The notes: generated from the letters alone by a model not told the origin. A stretch of DNA of 64,000 bases from Polymyxa betae A26-41 (GCA_003693705.1 RBZT01000435.1:186001-250000), one strand, 5' to 3'. Counted from the stretch's first letter, positions 24,494-36,615 are shown. Program-made: numbers and translations.

Positions 24494-27400
24494 ATGCTGC
24501 AATGGCGCCGCTTCCAGTTTTTTGAGAAGCGGCTGCTAGAGCCGCCTGGAGCCGCCGCTGCCGCTGCAGAGGGACTCGCGATCAGTGCTCTATGCGCTGC
24601 ATCTGGACGGTCGAACCTTTTCCTGGGCGATGCGCTCGGCACGGTCCATGTGCTTGATCGTAGTTTGCATACCTCTGAATTTCAAGCTCATGATGCATTA
24701 ACTCATATTGCTAGAGTAAGCGAAATGCAATCTGCAGTTGGTTTTTTATAGCGATAATTTTCAACAGGTTACTGGAGAGAGCGTTCTCGTCACCCTCGGG
24801 CTTGATTTGGGCTCTGATTTGCCTCCCGCCACACTAAAATTCTGGAGGCTCGATGTCTCAGAATCCGATCTAGTTCTAGCGCAAGAGATCCGGGTTTTCT
24901 CTTCTCCAAAGCTGGAGCCAGCACCGATAACCTGTTTTGCTGTTCAGGTTTCAGAAAATGTCTGCTCCGCTGAGCTTTGTTATGACTGCTGCTTCTCTTA
25001 GGATGATCTTTCGCAAGTAGCCATAGGTCTTGGTAATGGAGGCATAATTCTGTTCTCTGGCGATCTGATTCGTGGACGATATAAAACATATCGCTTGCGG
25101 CAAAATGGTTCTTGTGTGACTTCAGGTTGCTGTTTGATTCCTCTGAATGCTGGCGGCTAAATCTGTATTAGTGCTGTTTATGTCTACTGCTGTCTTGTTT
25201 GTAACAACGACTTCTTCGGTGTCCTCTTTCCAGTTGATCACTGATGGACATCCCGAGACTGTGTTGGATCCCAATGAGGGATGCGATATCAACTGCAGGT
25301 ATGCTGCGACCTGATCTTCTCTACTATCTGATTTATCTGGCGTTTTTATCAGTTGTTTGTCTGATAGTGGATCCCTTGTTGTTGGCCGGCCTGATGGTGT
25401 ATTTTTCTTCGAGCATGATGATGTAGGTCCATGCTACGGGTTTGAAAGTAGTAAACGCTCTCTGCATTGGTTCCATTCTTATCTTGTTGTTGTTACTGAC
25501 AATAAGAACGTCGCAAATAAAAGCGATATCACGATATTCGATCTAAGGTATAGCTTCTGGAGCCGCATATGCTGTTTTTAATGGGAATTCAGGAATAAAT
25601 TTGTCGCTTTTTCTGGCGCCTTTGACACAATAGGGCATCTACTTATTGAATGGGGCTCTTTAATTATCTACCCGAAACATCCACCAAGAAAGGTACCTTT
25701 TGATGAACAGCTTGTTTTCACATTTTTGCTTATATCTGGCAGATTTTGGAGCTAACTGAATCTGATCTCACTACAAAAATGGAAATTCTCTTCAAACGCA
25801 ATCTGTTTCCGATTGCCATCAGTCTGGCCCAAAGCCAATCTTTGGATCAGTCCTACATAATGGAAATTGTTCAAAGATATGGAGACCATCTATACGATAA
25901 AGGTCGGAACTCATAATCTCCTTTCCATCAAAACTTCATGTCATACGGCTTAGGTGATTACTCGGGCGCCATGCGTGAGTATCTGGATACTGTTTCTCCA
26001 GGAATTGCTCACATTGAGCCTTCGTACGTCATCCGAAAATTTTTGGATGCTCGTTTGTCGGAACATTTGACTGCCTATTTGGAGGCACTTCATGCAAATT
26101 CGTGTGCAACAAAGCTGCATACGACATTGCTGTTAAATTGTTTCACACGGGCCAAGCTCGATGACAAGCTAACTGCGTTTCTGAACAATATATCCTCCAA
26201 CAAGTTTGATGTTGATAATGCAATTCAGGTATTCAACTGTTTGCGATGGTTTTCAAGGCTCATGAAATCTTTTTCTAGGTTTGCACTTCTGCTGGGTATT
26301 TGGAACATGCTTTGCAATTGGCGATGCAAAACAATCGAATTGAGGCCACCATCAAGATATTAACGCTGATGTGCGATTATCCTGCTGCTGTTAAGTTTAT
26401 TGCTGGTTTACCCTTCGAAGAAGCCGAGTCATGCCTGAAAATGTATGGACACCTGTTGTTCGAAGAGGCACCCAAGGAAACCACCACGCTTCTGATTCGC
26501 TTGTGCACTGAATTTTCTGTCCAATCGGGCGAATCCCGACGAGCCAGTCCAGAAGAATTCATTCACCTCTTTGTCGGAAAGCCATCCGCCCTGCAATCGT
26601 TTCTTGAAACTGTTGTAGCCCAAGTAATCCTGTTTTTTAAGCTATCTCAGTTTTAATCGTTTTCAGGCCCCCAACTCGTCCTCGACCGTCTATACGACTT
26701 TACTGGAGCTTTATCTTCGCGATAAAACTCATTGCGAAGATAAAATTCTGTGTTTACTTGCTACTCAACAAACCAAGTAAGTATGGACTTTTTATGGCTA
26801 TTTAAACCGACCTATTGAGCCTTTTGTTAGATACGATCCAGAACTGGCTCTAGTTCTGGCGAAGCGGTATGGATTTACAGCAGGAATTTTATTCCTGTAT
26901 CAGAAGTTAAAGCTGTACATGGACATTCTAGAGCATCACATTCATGTAGATTTTTGCGTTCTCTCCTTTAGGAAGACATTTAACTGCAATTCAGAATGAA
27001 AACGCTGATGCTATAATTGAAGCATGTCGAACCTATGGCCAAGTTGAGCCGAATTTATGGCTTCGGGCTCTTTCATTTTTCGCTTCGAGCACCCGTCATC
27101 TCGAAAGGCCGGAAAATATTCAGCAAGTCCTAAAAAGTTACAGTTTCGATGTCGCTCTCCAAAGTATCTTATTTATTCCTTTAGATGTGCAAGAATCGAG
27201 GCTGCTACCTCCGTTGATGGTTGTCCAAATTCTGTCGAAAAACGAATCTATACCTTTATCGATTGTAAAGGAATTTTTGTTGAAGTCTCTCACATATGAT
27301 CAAGTCGGAACTTTCGCGCTTTCCTTTCTGCAGATATTTTACTTAACGTCTCATAGTCTGTCTTGAAGGAAGATCGCAGGCAAATTGAAGAATACAGGGC

Positions 27401-27942
27401 AGAAACCGCCGCCATCAAAGAACGGATAACGCGGCTCGAGACACAAGTACAGTTTTTTTTCTGTATATTTGTGCATTGACAGTTGTTCAGGCGGTCTCTT
27501 TCCAAGCCACGACATGCTCTTCTTGCAGTGGTTTACTGTCAGAGCCTCCTGTTATTCACTTTCTGTGCATGTCAGTGCTTTCTAATTCGCATACTATTGC
27601 ATCTGATGTGATTGCAGGCATTCTTTCCATGACCGATGCATTGAAGGGATGCCAAGTCAACAATGTCCTCTTTGCTTTAATGATTTCAAAAAGAGTAACT
27701 ATCAGAAGTGGTCGTTTATGTTAATCTTCGCTCATTATTCTTGCATTACAGTAATTGAAATCGATAACGCCATGACATCAAGTGCTAATGATCACGAGAC
27801 TTTCTTTCATAAAATTCATGATGCTGAAGATGGGTTCTCCATTGTCGCTGAATATTTCGGTCGTGGCATAATCGAGAATTATCAACCCACACTAAGGAAG
27901 GCTGTGCTTTCGTCACCGGATATGTTGAAGCATGTTTCGTAA
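24494..27942 (+). CDS. VPS11: Vacuolar protein sorting 11 (HOPS/CORVET), many exons
   Basis: MLQWRRFQFFE, GPCYGFE, LFKRNLFPIAISLA, YGDHLY.KGDY..AM.EY, EPSYVIRKFLDA, HTTLLLNCF, RING CSSC..HFLC.HSFH..C..CPLC, FSIVAEYFGRG. Confidence 0.95.
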
Positions 27943-28027
27943 TTTGGTACCTACTCCGGAATCTGAATTTCCTCGATTATTTACTGCTAATTGCTATTGC
28001 CTATTAATATATAAATAACAGTAATTA

Positions 28028-29131
28028 TTATTCTTGCTGAACATGTTCTCTGGCCGCAACCAGCCTTCTAACTTCTACTGGCTTAAACGGTTCTGCGACA
28101 ATTACTCTTGTGGAATGTGGCCGTAACGCCACCAACATCGGTCGTGCTGGCCGCCTTGTCAACGCTGCCTTTTTTGAATTACCTAACGCGATCTGATTCG
28201 ATCCTGTAATAGTTTCGGAAACTGTAGCCATCACGTGAGGAATCTTCTGCAATTGATGCAGAAGAATGGACTCGATGCGGGTATCCATTGTCCATCGCTT
28301 CTCAGTCGCCATGCATAGCATACGTAGACGTGAAATGGCTTCTTGAAACGAAACACATGCAGACCCGGCCAGCAACAAGGCAGAAATGGCAAGGTCCCAT
28401 CCAACATCATTGGGGCATTGAATCAACACGGCTTCAGTTTTCAGTAAATTCACAATCTGGTGGACAACATCCTGAAGGCAACGTCATACAAGGCAGCGCA
28501 GATGCACATATTGATAAGTAAAGCTCATTCAAATTGTATGCACAGGAATCAGCAAAGATTCTTACAGAGAGAATTGTAGCAAGCGAATTAAGCCGAGGGT
28601 CTATATTGAAGTTCACAACCCGAGCTGCAGTCCGATAACGAATCGGCTTGTTTCTTGTCTTTGGTGACAGACCTCCTGAGTTCGACAACAGCCTAGCGAT
28701 AACTGATATCTTAAAGTGAGATAACTCAGATGGTAAATCGTCTCCGCGAACAGCGGTACTGATAAGCAATCGATTCGGGATCACCCAGAAAGCATCTTTA
28801 GCCGATGTGACTCTGTCAAGCATTTTCATTGAACTCCCTTTCTCGTTGTGAGATTGGACAACTTCAGTTTCTTGTTGCAAAACGGGAATATTGGTGTTAG
28901 CATGAAAGGAGTTAATCTTCGAGATGAGAATTGGCGTCATCGCATCGTTTTCAGCATTGTTCCTTCAGACACGGTAAATAAATGCCATGACTGTAGATCA
29001 TCTGCATACTGAGGACATAATTCGTTCCTGAAAGCTGGAGTAGTATGTATTCTAGACGTCTTAATCCGGTGACGGTTGAACCGCACTCCACGTCTCTGCT
29101 GGACTTGCTGAAGGCCAACGTCAACGACCAT
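28028..29131 (-). CDS. Dual-specificity-phosphatase-like (CDC14-like) protein with degenerate P-loop
   Basis: FWVIPNRLLIS..., VLIQCPNDVGWD..SALLL..VSFQEAISRLR follow the DSP pattern but lack HCx5R. The 5' exon is uncertain. Confidence 0.45.
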
Positions 29132-29317
29132 TTTCACGACATGGCACGTGCCAGGTTCCGATCATGAAACTGCTTTGCCCATATCACACTCCTCAATCTG
29201 AATGATCGGCTATGCATTCAGTAAATGAAGACCATTCGAATAGAGCAGCAAATGAAATGTAAGACGAGGCCGCGCCTTAAGTAGTCATTTCCTTGATGTT
29301 AAACAGAAGTTAAATCA

Positions 29318-31461
29318 ATGTCGACTCGTCTTACTCTAACGCTGCTAGAGCGACGTCTGCATCCGGTCCTGGCGACAGCCGCTGTCGCCCTTGGTATTGG
29401 TGCAACAGCTACTTATCAGCTGAAACAACCGGTGCAGAACAAATCGACTCAACATGAGAGAATTGTGGATAACCACAAACCAAATTTCCATCCTCCTTCT
29501 GTCCCGGATATAGCACTGAAACAGAATTCTTCTGATGCTACTACTTCAATGCAGATACAGAAACCTTTTGCGACGTCTACAGTAGTGCAGATAAAGAAAT
29601 CGGATGATTCCGGTACTTTGGAGACAGAAGGGCAACCTCCAGACGATCCTCATGGGACTCCCGTTGCTGAAGGCCTTGCAGTATTTCATGATGATGAAGA
29701 TAAATCGAACCCTGGCCTTGATACTGTTTATACTCTAGAAGAAGTTTCCAAACATAATGTTGAAGGAGATATTTGGGTTAGCTATCAAGGTCCGGTTGGA
29801 TTCGTTTTCAATGTTTCAAGACTCGCTAATTAACTCCATTGCTTGATATAGGTGGCGTATACAATGTCTCTGAATTCGCCCCTTCACATCCAGGAGGAGC
29901 CAAGATTCTTCTAGCTGCCGGTTGATAATAGATAGATTGCCATTCTAACTATGAACATTGAGAATAGGCAAACCTCTGGAAACATTTTGGTCGATGTATC
30001 GAATTCATGAGACTCCCGAAGTTCGTGAGATTCTGGAAGAGTACCGTATTGGAAGATTATCGCCTGAAGATAGCAAGACCATTCCGGATATGTCGAATCC
30101 CTATTCAATCGGTTCGATTCGTAATATTTCCAAAGATTCTTGTCTAACATTGTATTCAGACCCAGATCGCTCTCATAAAAAATTAACCGTTCGGACACAG
30201 CAACCTTTCAATGCAGAAGCGCCTCTTGACAGTTTAGCTGATAATGACGTGACCCCAACTGAAAGCTTCTTTGTTCGAAATCATCTACCTGTTCCGGATA
30301 TCAAACCTGAACTCTATGAGCTGAAAATCTCTGGACAAGGCGTTACAGAGAAAATTTTCTCGCTTGATCAGCTGAAGGCATTCCCGAAGCATACTGTCCG
30401 GTAGTCTCCAATATCACATTCTGCTTATCAGGTTTTTGACCTATTCTAGAGCCACTATCCAGTGTGCTGGTAATGGTCGATCTGCTATGGATGCTGTAAA
30501 GCCAGTTCGTGGCCTGCAATGGGGCTATGGAGCGATTGTATGGTGATGATCAGAACCGGAAACCAAATCTGAATGTTTGGTTAGTCGACTGCAGAGTGGT
30601 CTGGTGCACGTTTGATTGACGTGCTCGAGGCGTGTGAATATCAGCCGACCGAAAAAGGAAAACATGCAGTTTTCGAGGTGCAAAGTCTTTCCATTCGATT
30701 GATCAGGTGCCGATTCTGAAACATTTTCAGGGTCTAGATAGGGATATGACGCAGGCTTATGGGGCATCGATTCCCATTGAGAAAGCCACAGATTCCAGAG
30801 GCGATGTTATATTGGCTTACGAAATGAATGGGCGTGATATTCCTCGTGATAATGGATATCCTGTTCGAGTTATTGTACCAGGCGTTGTTGGTGCCCGCAA
30901 TGTGAAATGGCTGAGTTCTATTACAATCGATGAATCGGAATCTGATTCTCATTGGCAGCAAAAAGATTATAAGGGGTTCTCTCCATCTTCCGACTGGTAA
31001 ACGCTTTCCTTTTGTTGATGATAACAATATTTAGACTATTCAGGGATCAACTAGAGTGGTCCAAAGCGAAAGCCATTCAGGAGCTTCCGATCATATCCGC
31101 GATTTGCAGCCCTCAGAAAGGCGAGACGTTCTCACACGGGACTGTTGCTGAAGTTAAAGGATATGCGTATTCTGGTGGCGGCAGAGAAATAATTCGGGTT
31201 GATGTATCAGCTGATGGAGGCAAGACTTGGGTCGTTGCAGAATTAAGCGAAGATGTCGCACCAGAAGGGAGACACTGGGCATTTCGAAGATGGAAAGTTA
31301 ACATTCCAGTACCGGAAGATGCTAGAGGAAAATCGATCGAATTGGTTTGCAACGCGGTTGATCGTTCCTATAATAGTCAACCTGAGAATTTCGAGTCTGT
31401 TTACAACGCCAGGGGTGTTCTATGTAATGCATGGCACCGAGTACAAATTCAATGTCAATAA
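29318..31461 (+). CDS. SUOX: Sulfite oxidase with cytochrome b5 domain (animal-type, likely mitochondrial)
   Basis: YTLEEVSKHN, HPGG, FNAEAP, FFVRNHLPVP, TIQCAGNGR, YGASIP, AYEMNG..IPRDNGYPVRVIVPGVVGARNVKWL, GYAYSGGGREIIRVDVS, RGVLCNAWHRV. Confidence 0.96.
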
Positions 31462-31488
31462 ACCGTATATCCCCATTAAACGTATCAA

Positions 31489-32051
31489 TCATTCAGCCTT
31501 TGCTGATTTCTCTTTTATTTGTTGCCGATGTTGAGCTTTCTTTAAAGTGATCATTAGCAAAGAAGTTCGATAAATGGCGTTAACCTGTCCTGAAGTTACA
31601 TGGCGTATTCGAAATAAACAAAATGTTCTCACCACAATGAATGTTGCTAGAAGCAATAGAGGAGCACAGAATAGGGCGCCAAGAAACTGACCCGATTCTT
31701 CAAAATACGGCTCAGCAGTGAGATTCTGCCAGTTCAGCATCGCCCACGAATTGAAGAAACTTGTTAACCATACGGAGGCAGCTAAATACCATGAGAACAA
31801 AAGAAGACAGATCTTGCCATCTCATTACCGATCAACAACAGCAGGATGAACTGTGAGATCGTCTGATCACGGGTCGTCAGAACAACGAGGCTTAAAACAG
31901 CAACCGAGAGCAGCAATGCGATCACGAAGGGCTCTGACCAATCAATTGCTTTGATAAAGCGGTATGCTGTATCTGCGACACCTTCATGGTTTTGGTTGAT
32001 CTTCTTCGCTAAAGTAGAAGCGAATAGCTTCCAAGGAGACTCTGGAGTCAT
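31489..32051 (-). CDS. TMEM18: Transmembrane protein 18
   Basis: FIKAIDWSEPF, NSWAMLNWQNLTAEPYFEESGQFLGALFCAPLL, MITLKKAQ. Confidence 0.85.
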
Positions 32052-32243
32052 TAATTAGAGCACGTTTTTGAGAAAAATGCGGAGAGCTCGGTCGTAAACT
32101 TGACTTTGCCTTCAAAAGCTCGACGGCCAATAAATGAAAAGGCACAAATACAGTCGTTTGCTGACTAAATTAAAGCATATAAATTATATATTAGGACATA
32201 TATATATTAGGAGCATTTGATCTACAGACAACGAGGATGAATG

Positions 32244-33806
32244 TTAACAGGCAACGAATGCATCCACGGATTGACAATCATCAGAAACCGACGATGTGTC
32301 GCTAAGCGCGTCTTCATCTTGATCATATTCATCGCTCGATTCTTTACTTTGGTCGGCCTCCAGACGAAGTCGCGTCGTTTCAGCGGCATCGACCCAGTCA
32401 ATACAAAAGATGTATGCCAGGCTGAGCACAGCCGCGAATACCAACGCGAAGGCATTTCCCCACCAGATCCCACTCAAACCGATTTGTAGCGATAGATAGT
32501 AGGCCAAAGGAAGGCCCAATAGATATCCAATCACGATAAAGACCGAGCCGATACGTTGCTGGCCGCAGCCGCGAAGAACGCCGCCAGACGTCATCAGCAA
32601 TGCATAGCCGAGCTCGGAGACACCAACGGGGATGATGCAGGAGACCGCCATATCAACGACGTCTTTATCGTGCGAGTAAAGCATCGCCGTCGGACGAATC
32701 GCCAACGTTGAGATGATGATGAGAAAAATAGCAATGGCCAACGACGCCCCGATCGAGATCATGGCAGAAGCTTTCGCAGCCCCATGCTTGGCATATCCCA
32801 AATGGTTCCCAATACGAATGGAGGTCGCCGAAGCGATCCCGCCATACCCGACGTATTTAACCACGTTAATCGTGAAGAGAATCGTATGAGCAGCCACAGC
32901 TGTCTCAGGATCTGGAAGCCAACCCGTCATTACATAGGTGAACTCGAACGCCCACCATTCCCCAACGATCATGACGAAGCTGTGGAAGGAAAGGCAGAAG
33001 AATCGCCATAACGCGACCGGCTCACAAACGAGCGACGTTTTCCACGGTCTCCAGAGCAAATCGACGAGATCCGCATAGAAGAAATAAATCATCGTTAGAA
33101 TCGGGGCCACAACCGAGGCGATCGTTCGGGACCATGCTGCGAAATAGAACTCGAAATTGAACACGTTCAAGAGCAAGTAGCATAAGAACAGGTTGAAGGC
33201 GTTCGAGACCAACCCGACCACGACGGTCGGCATCACAACGGATCGCGATTGTAAGCTCTTCGACATGACCGTATTGATGAAGATGAAGGGCAGTCCTGGC
33301 AGCAGACAATGCGAGAATTTGGCGGCGCCGATCGACATATCGACTGGCTGCTGCAGGATGTAGACTAAGAACGGCTGCGTGAAGATGTTGGCGATCGTGA
33401 TGGGAATACAGGCCAGAACGAGAATCACGAGACAACGCTGCGTGTAGAGAGCAGCCAGGCGACGATCGCCGCCGCTCTTGGATCCATTCGCATTCGCATA
33501 CAGAGTATCGAGGCCATACGTCATCCCCAGACCAATCGATAAGCCCGAGATGTTCGAATACATAACGGCCAGCGACGACGCATCCAGATTGATGCTGGAC
33601 GTGGACGACGTGTTCCCGACCATGATGACGCAGATCGTGGACGTGATCGTGATCAGGACGTTCTGCAGCGCCAAGGGCATGGCGATCCGGAATAGGGCCC
33701 GACCTTCATCCTCCTCCTGCTCGTTGGCCACCCCGAGCAGAGGGTATTCGAGGTCCTGGTCGGCGGGATCCGGAACAGGAATATGCAGGATCTGGGCCAT
33801 ATTCAC
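32244..33806 (-). CDS. MATE family efflux transporter (intronless)
   Basis: 520 aa; GLGMTYGLDTL, QRC, EWWAFE, SIRIGNHLG, GGVLRGCGQQRIG, GLSGIWWG. Confidence 0.95.
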   Translation of the reverse strand: MNMAQILHIPVPDPADQDLEYPLLGVANEQEEDEGRALFRIAMPLALQNVLITITSTICVIMVGNTSSTSSINLDASSLAVMYSNISGLSIGLGMTYGLDTLYANANGSKSGGDRRLAALYTQRCLVILVLACIPITIANIFTQPFLVYILQQPVDMSIGAAKFSHCLLPGLPFIFINTVMSKSLQSRSVVMPTVVVGLVSNAFNLFLCYLLLNVFNFEFYFAAWSRTIASVVAPILTMIYFFYADLVDLLWRPWKTSLVCEPVALWRFFCLSFHSFVMIVGEWWAFEFTYVMTGWLPDPETAVAAHTILFTINVVKYVGYGGIASATSIRIGNHLGYAKHGAAKASAMISIGASLAIAIFLIIISTLAIRPTAMLYSHDKDVVDMAVSCIIPVGVSELGYALLMTSGGVLRGCGQQRIGSVFIVIGYLLGLPLAYYLSLQIGLSGIWWGNAFALVFAAVLSLAYIFCIDWVDAAETTRLRLEADQSKESSDEYDQDEDALSDTSSVSDDCQSVDAFVAC

Positions 33807-34272
33807 GAATGGCGTTATGAAACCATCTGGGCACGGCCATTGTTTCGACCCAGGTCTGGGTGTTGGCCCACTCTGTGTCTCTCAGAATCCGCCTGGCGTG
33901 CCGCCATGTGCCGTACTTGTTAAGGTCGATCGAACCGAATCGGCCACGCACAAATTGTGCGTCATACAAACTGCACCCCAATTGGGCCCTTGGTGCGTCA
34001 TACAGATGCCATCTCATACCGATCAGGCTTCGGGTACAGAATGATGTGGTCGCATTTTGTTTGCAAATAGTAGATGTCGAAACCTTTCAGAAATGATATC
34101 TAAGGATAATCTATAAAAAACCAAGGTATTCTCGTGGGCTTAGTTCTCAGAAGACGTACATGGATAAACTTCACAGCCATTATTAGCTTAGCTTTTTCTG
34201 TATCCAAATCATAATGGATGGATTTTAATTTGAATGTAGTTCTCTTTGCAGATAGGATAAAAACGTGTTGGT

Positions 34273-34722
34273 TTATCCGATAAATGTTAAGACGAAGATG
34301 TGCAAGAGAATGTTGCAGAAAACCCATTCGATAAATGCCCGTTCGTTAGAAACGCCCTTGTCTTTGCGATGGTCTCCAAATAGATGAGGTGATGCAGTTT
34401 GGAATCTTAATGAAGCTGTGAACACGAAACTGGCAACGCAGGATATGAATCCAGATAGGAACGCGTTGAACGGGAAAGACCCAGCTAATAGGCAGTAGAG
34501 ACCTTGAAGCAATCCAGTGGCAACAGTAAATAATAAGTAAGCGTCAATAAGCCGAAGGCGACGAGGGGTGTTCTTCATATAGTCTTTCAGCACTTCATGA
34601 TAGATCGAGACGAAAGTTTGAGACGATACAAGTGACTTTGGCTTGCCTTGTTCAGTCGGTGAGCCGACAGCCTGGTTAGATCGACCAGAATTCTTCAGAG
34701 CCGCCGCTGACGATTTACCCAT
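34273..34722 (-). CDS. DAD1: Oligosaccharyltransferase subunit DAD1/OST2
   Basis: TPRRLRLIDAYL, GSFPFNAFLSGFISCVASFV..SLRFQ, ERAF, LHIFVLTFIG. Confidence 0.96.
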   Translation of the reverse strand: MGKSSAAALKNSGRSNQAVGSPTEQGKPKSLVSSQTFVSIYHEVLKDYMKNTPRRLRLIDAYLLFTVATGLLQGLYCLLAGSFPFNAFLSGFISCVASFVFTASLRFQTASPHLFGDHRKDKGVSNERAFIEWVFCNILLHIFVLTFIG

Positions 34723-35484
34723 GACAAAGAGAGATAACAAATCTGAAGAATGGGTTGGAATTAACTACGAGTCTGAGAGGTCCCGCTACACTCTCTCTGT
34801 TTATACTTTATAGACGACATTTCTATGCACAAACAACACGAATGTTACATGACTGAAAAATCTACGATAGTGGGCAGAGTCGAGGAAGAAGTTTGTGGAG
34901 AACAATAGCATGTATTAGGAAAGTTTATAATGTTCGAAGATAGAGCCGCGCCTAAACAAACAACCAATCAGCACTGGAATGATAATGTTGAAGGAAGAAA
35001 AGAGGATAAAGATTTGTCAGTAAGGGACATTTCAATTCATATGAAGAGCTCAAGGGAGACAACTAGAAGTCGACCTCAAGCTCTTCTAGAATAGTGGTGG
35101 TGCATATCCGATATCATCACACAAATCCATAAAACAGCCTCAAACAGTATTACCGACCTGAAGTCAGAGACCAACACGACAGTACCGCCAGATACTAGCT
35201 GACGACTGATGAGAAATGGAATGAAGCCGATCCTCGACGAGTCGACCGAGGCAGACTCCAGATCCGCCATTCAGCCCGAAATCCGCAATTTTAATATTAG
35301 CGCACGGGCCATAGTTTGAACATCACAAAAAATCACCACCATGATAGAACGATCTCAACCTATAAAAATATCAGTAAATATGAATTCTTTGCTAATTCTA
35401 ACAACGCTCCATATAACATGAATGAAATCGCGGAAGGATTTTAAAAATGTGAAAATATATATCGAATGTTAAAGCAATGAAGAA

Positions 35485-36186
35485 ATGACATACATTGAGA
35501 AAGCAATGAATAACTATAGAAAGGGCAAGAAGCTCAGTGTCAAGAGGATTACTGAGGAAATTCTGAAACCAATGATTGATATCAAGAGCAAGGCGGTCTA
35601 TCTAAGCAAACTGATGAGAATTTAAGCAAATACTAGACGATCCAGAACTTGAAAGACTGAAACTCCCAGCAGAAATGGCACAGCAAGTTTGGGATGAACC
35701 GCAGAGGAGACTTAGTGAAAAGGAGAATATCAGTTTCAAACAAGAGAAGATAAATGAACTCATGGAGCTGAATATCTTCAACGACCTCGTCATATTCAGG
35801 ACGCCGAGAGAACGAACTGCTAAACCTACAACCACATGAGACGAACGACGAGAATGCCTTCTTATTCGACCGACAGCAAAAGCAGAGAGAGACGATTAAA
35901 TACGTCGTATCATTATACAAGATCCAATATCCAGAAATCAATAATCTGGTTGAACAAGATGCAACAGAAACCCCCAAAATCCACAAGGACACGATGCTTA
36001 AGCGCTTAAGATCCCGCCTGAAGATGGTTTTAGGAAATGAGGAGATCGTGATCCATAATCTACGAATGCTTTTTAATGTACGAGGAGAGTGACAAGGTCA
36101 TGCCCTTCCATACCGTCGCCATGCGCCTCCTAGGTCATGAACGCCCTGACACGACCATTCATTAGAATCGTCTCCTCATCACTTGA
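35485..36186 (+). pseudogene. Telomere resolvase (protelomerase)-like tyrosine recombinase, frameshifted
   Basis: Stitched over 3 frameshifts (~35620, ~35795, ~36076): MTYIEKAM..SKAVYLSKLMR/EFKQILDDPELERLKLPAEMAQQVWDEPQRRLSEKENISF../SGRRENELL..FLFDRQQKQR..IHNLRMLF/MYEES..MRLLGHERPDTTIH*NRLLIT. TAG at 36163-36165 sits at the catalytic Tyr position. Confidence 0.8.
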
Positions 36187-36190
36187 CCTA

Positions 36191-36592
36191 TTATAATACA
36201 CGATTGATATTATTGCCTTGTCTATCAACCCAGCGCAAATCGCTCACCCTATTGTCACGCCGATCTCTATTGATGTGATCGACCTCCTTTAATCGATGTA
36301 GATTGGGGATGTAGTGCAAACGATGAATATAATGATTTCTATTCCTCCCATTCTTATAGAGCGTGATTCGCTTATAACCGTCCTTAAGTATGAAAGGTCT
36401 AATGGGCGACCACCATATTTTGAGCAGATTGTGCACGAATTGAGTAGTATCATAACAAAATACGACATATCCGGAAGATTCACAGATTAGTCGCCCAGAT
36501 ATGTCTTGATAATCCTTAAAATCACCCAGCAGTAGACCATATCGATAGAAACAAAGCAAACAGCAGTGTCGATAATCTACTATGGGTAACAA
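36191..36592 (-). CDS. HNH endonuclease (NUMOD4/HNH_3 type), probably decayed
   Basis: DGYKRITLYKNG..HYIHRL-HYIPN..EVDHINRDRRDNRVSDLRWVDRQGNNINR. The usual VAxx after HRL is missing and there is no ATG start. Confidence 0.85.
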   Translation of the reverse strand: MLPIVDYRHCCLLCFYRYGLLLGDFKDYQDISGRLICESSGYVVFCYDTTQFVHNLLKIWWSPIRPFILKDGYKRITLYKNGRNRNHYIHRLHYIPNLHRLKEVDHINRDRRDNRVSDLRWVDRQGNNINRVL

Positions 36593-36615
36593 TTCAGAAA
36601 AAACAGCTAACCATC

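Noticed and set aside
35997-36010. 14-bp palindrome cttaagcgcttaag as a possible resolvase target site
   Set aside because: It lies within the resolvase coding sequence and is much shorter than known tel sites; probably chance.
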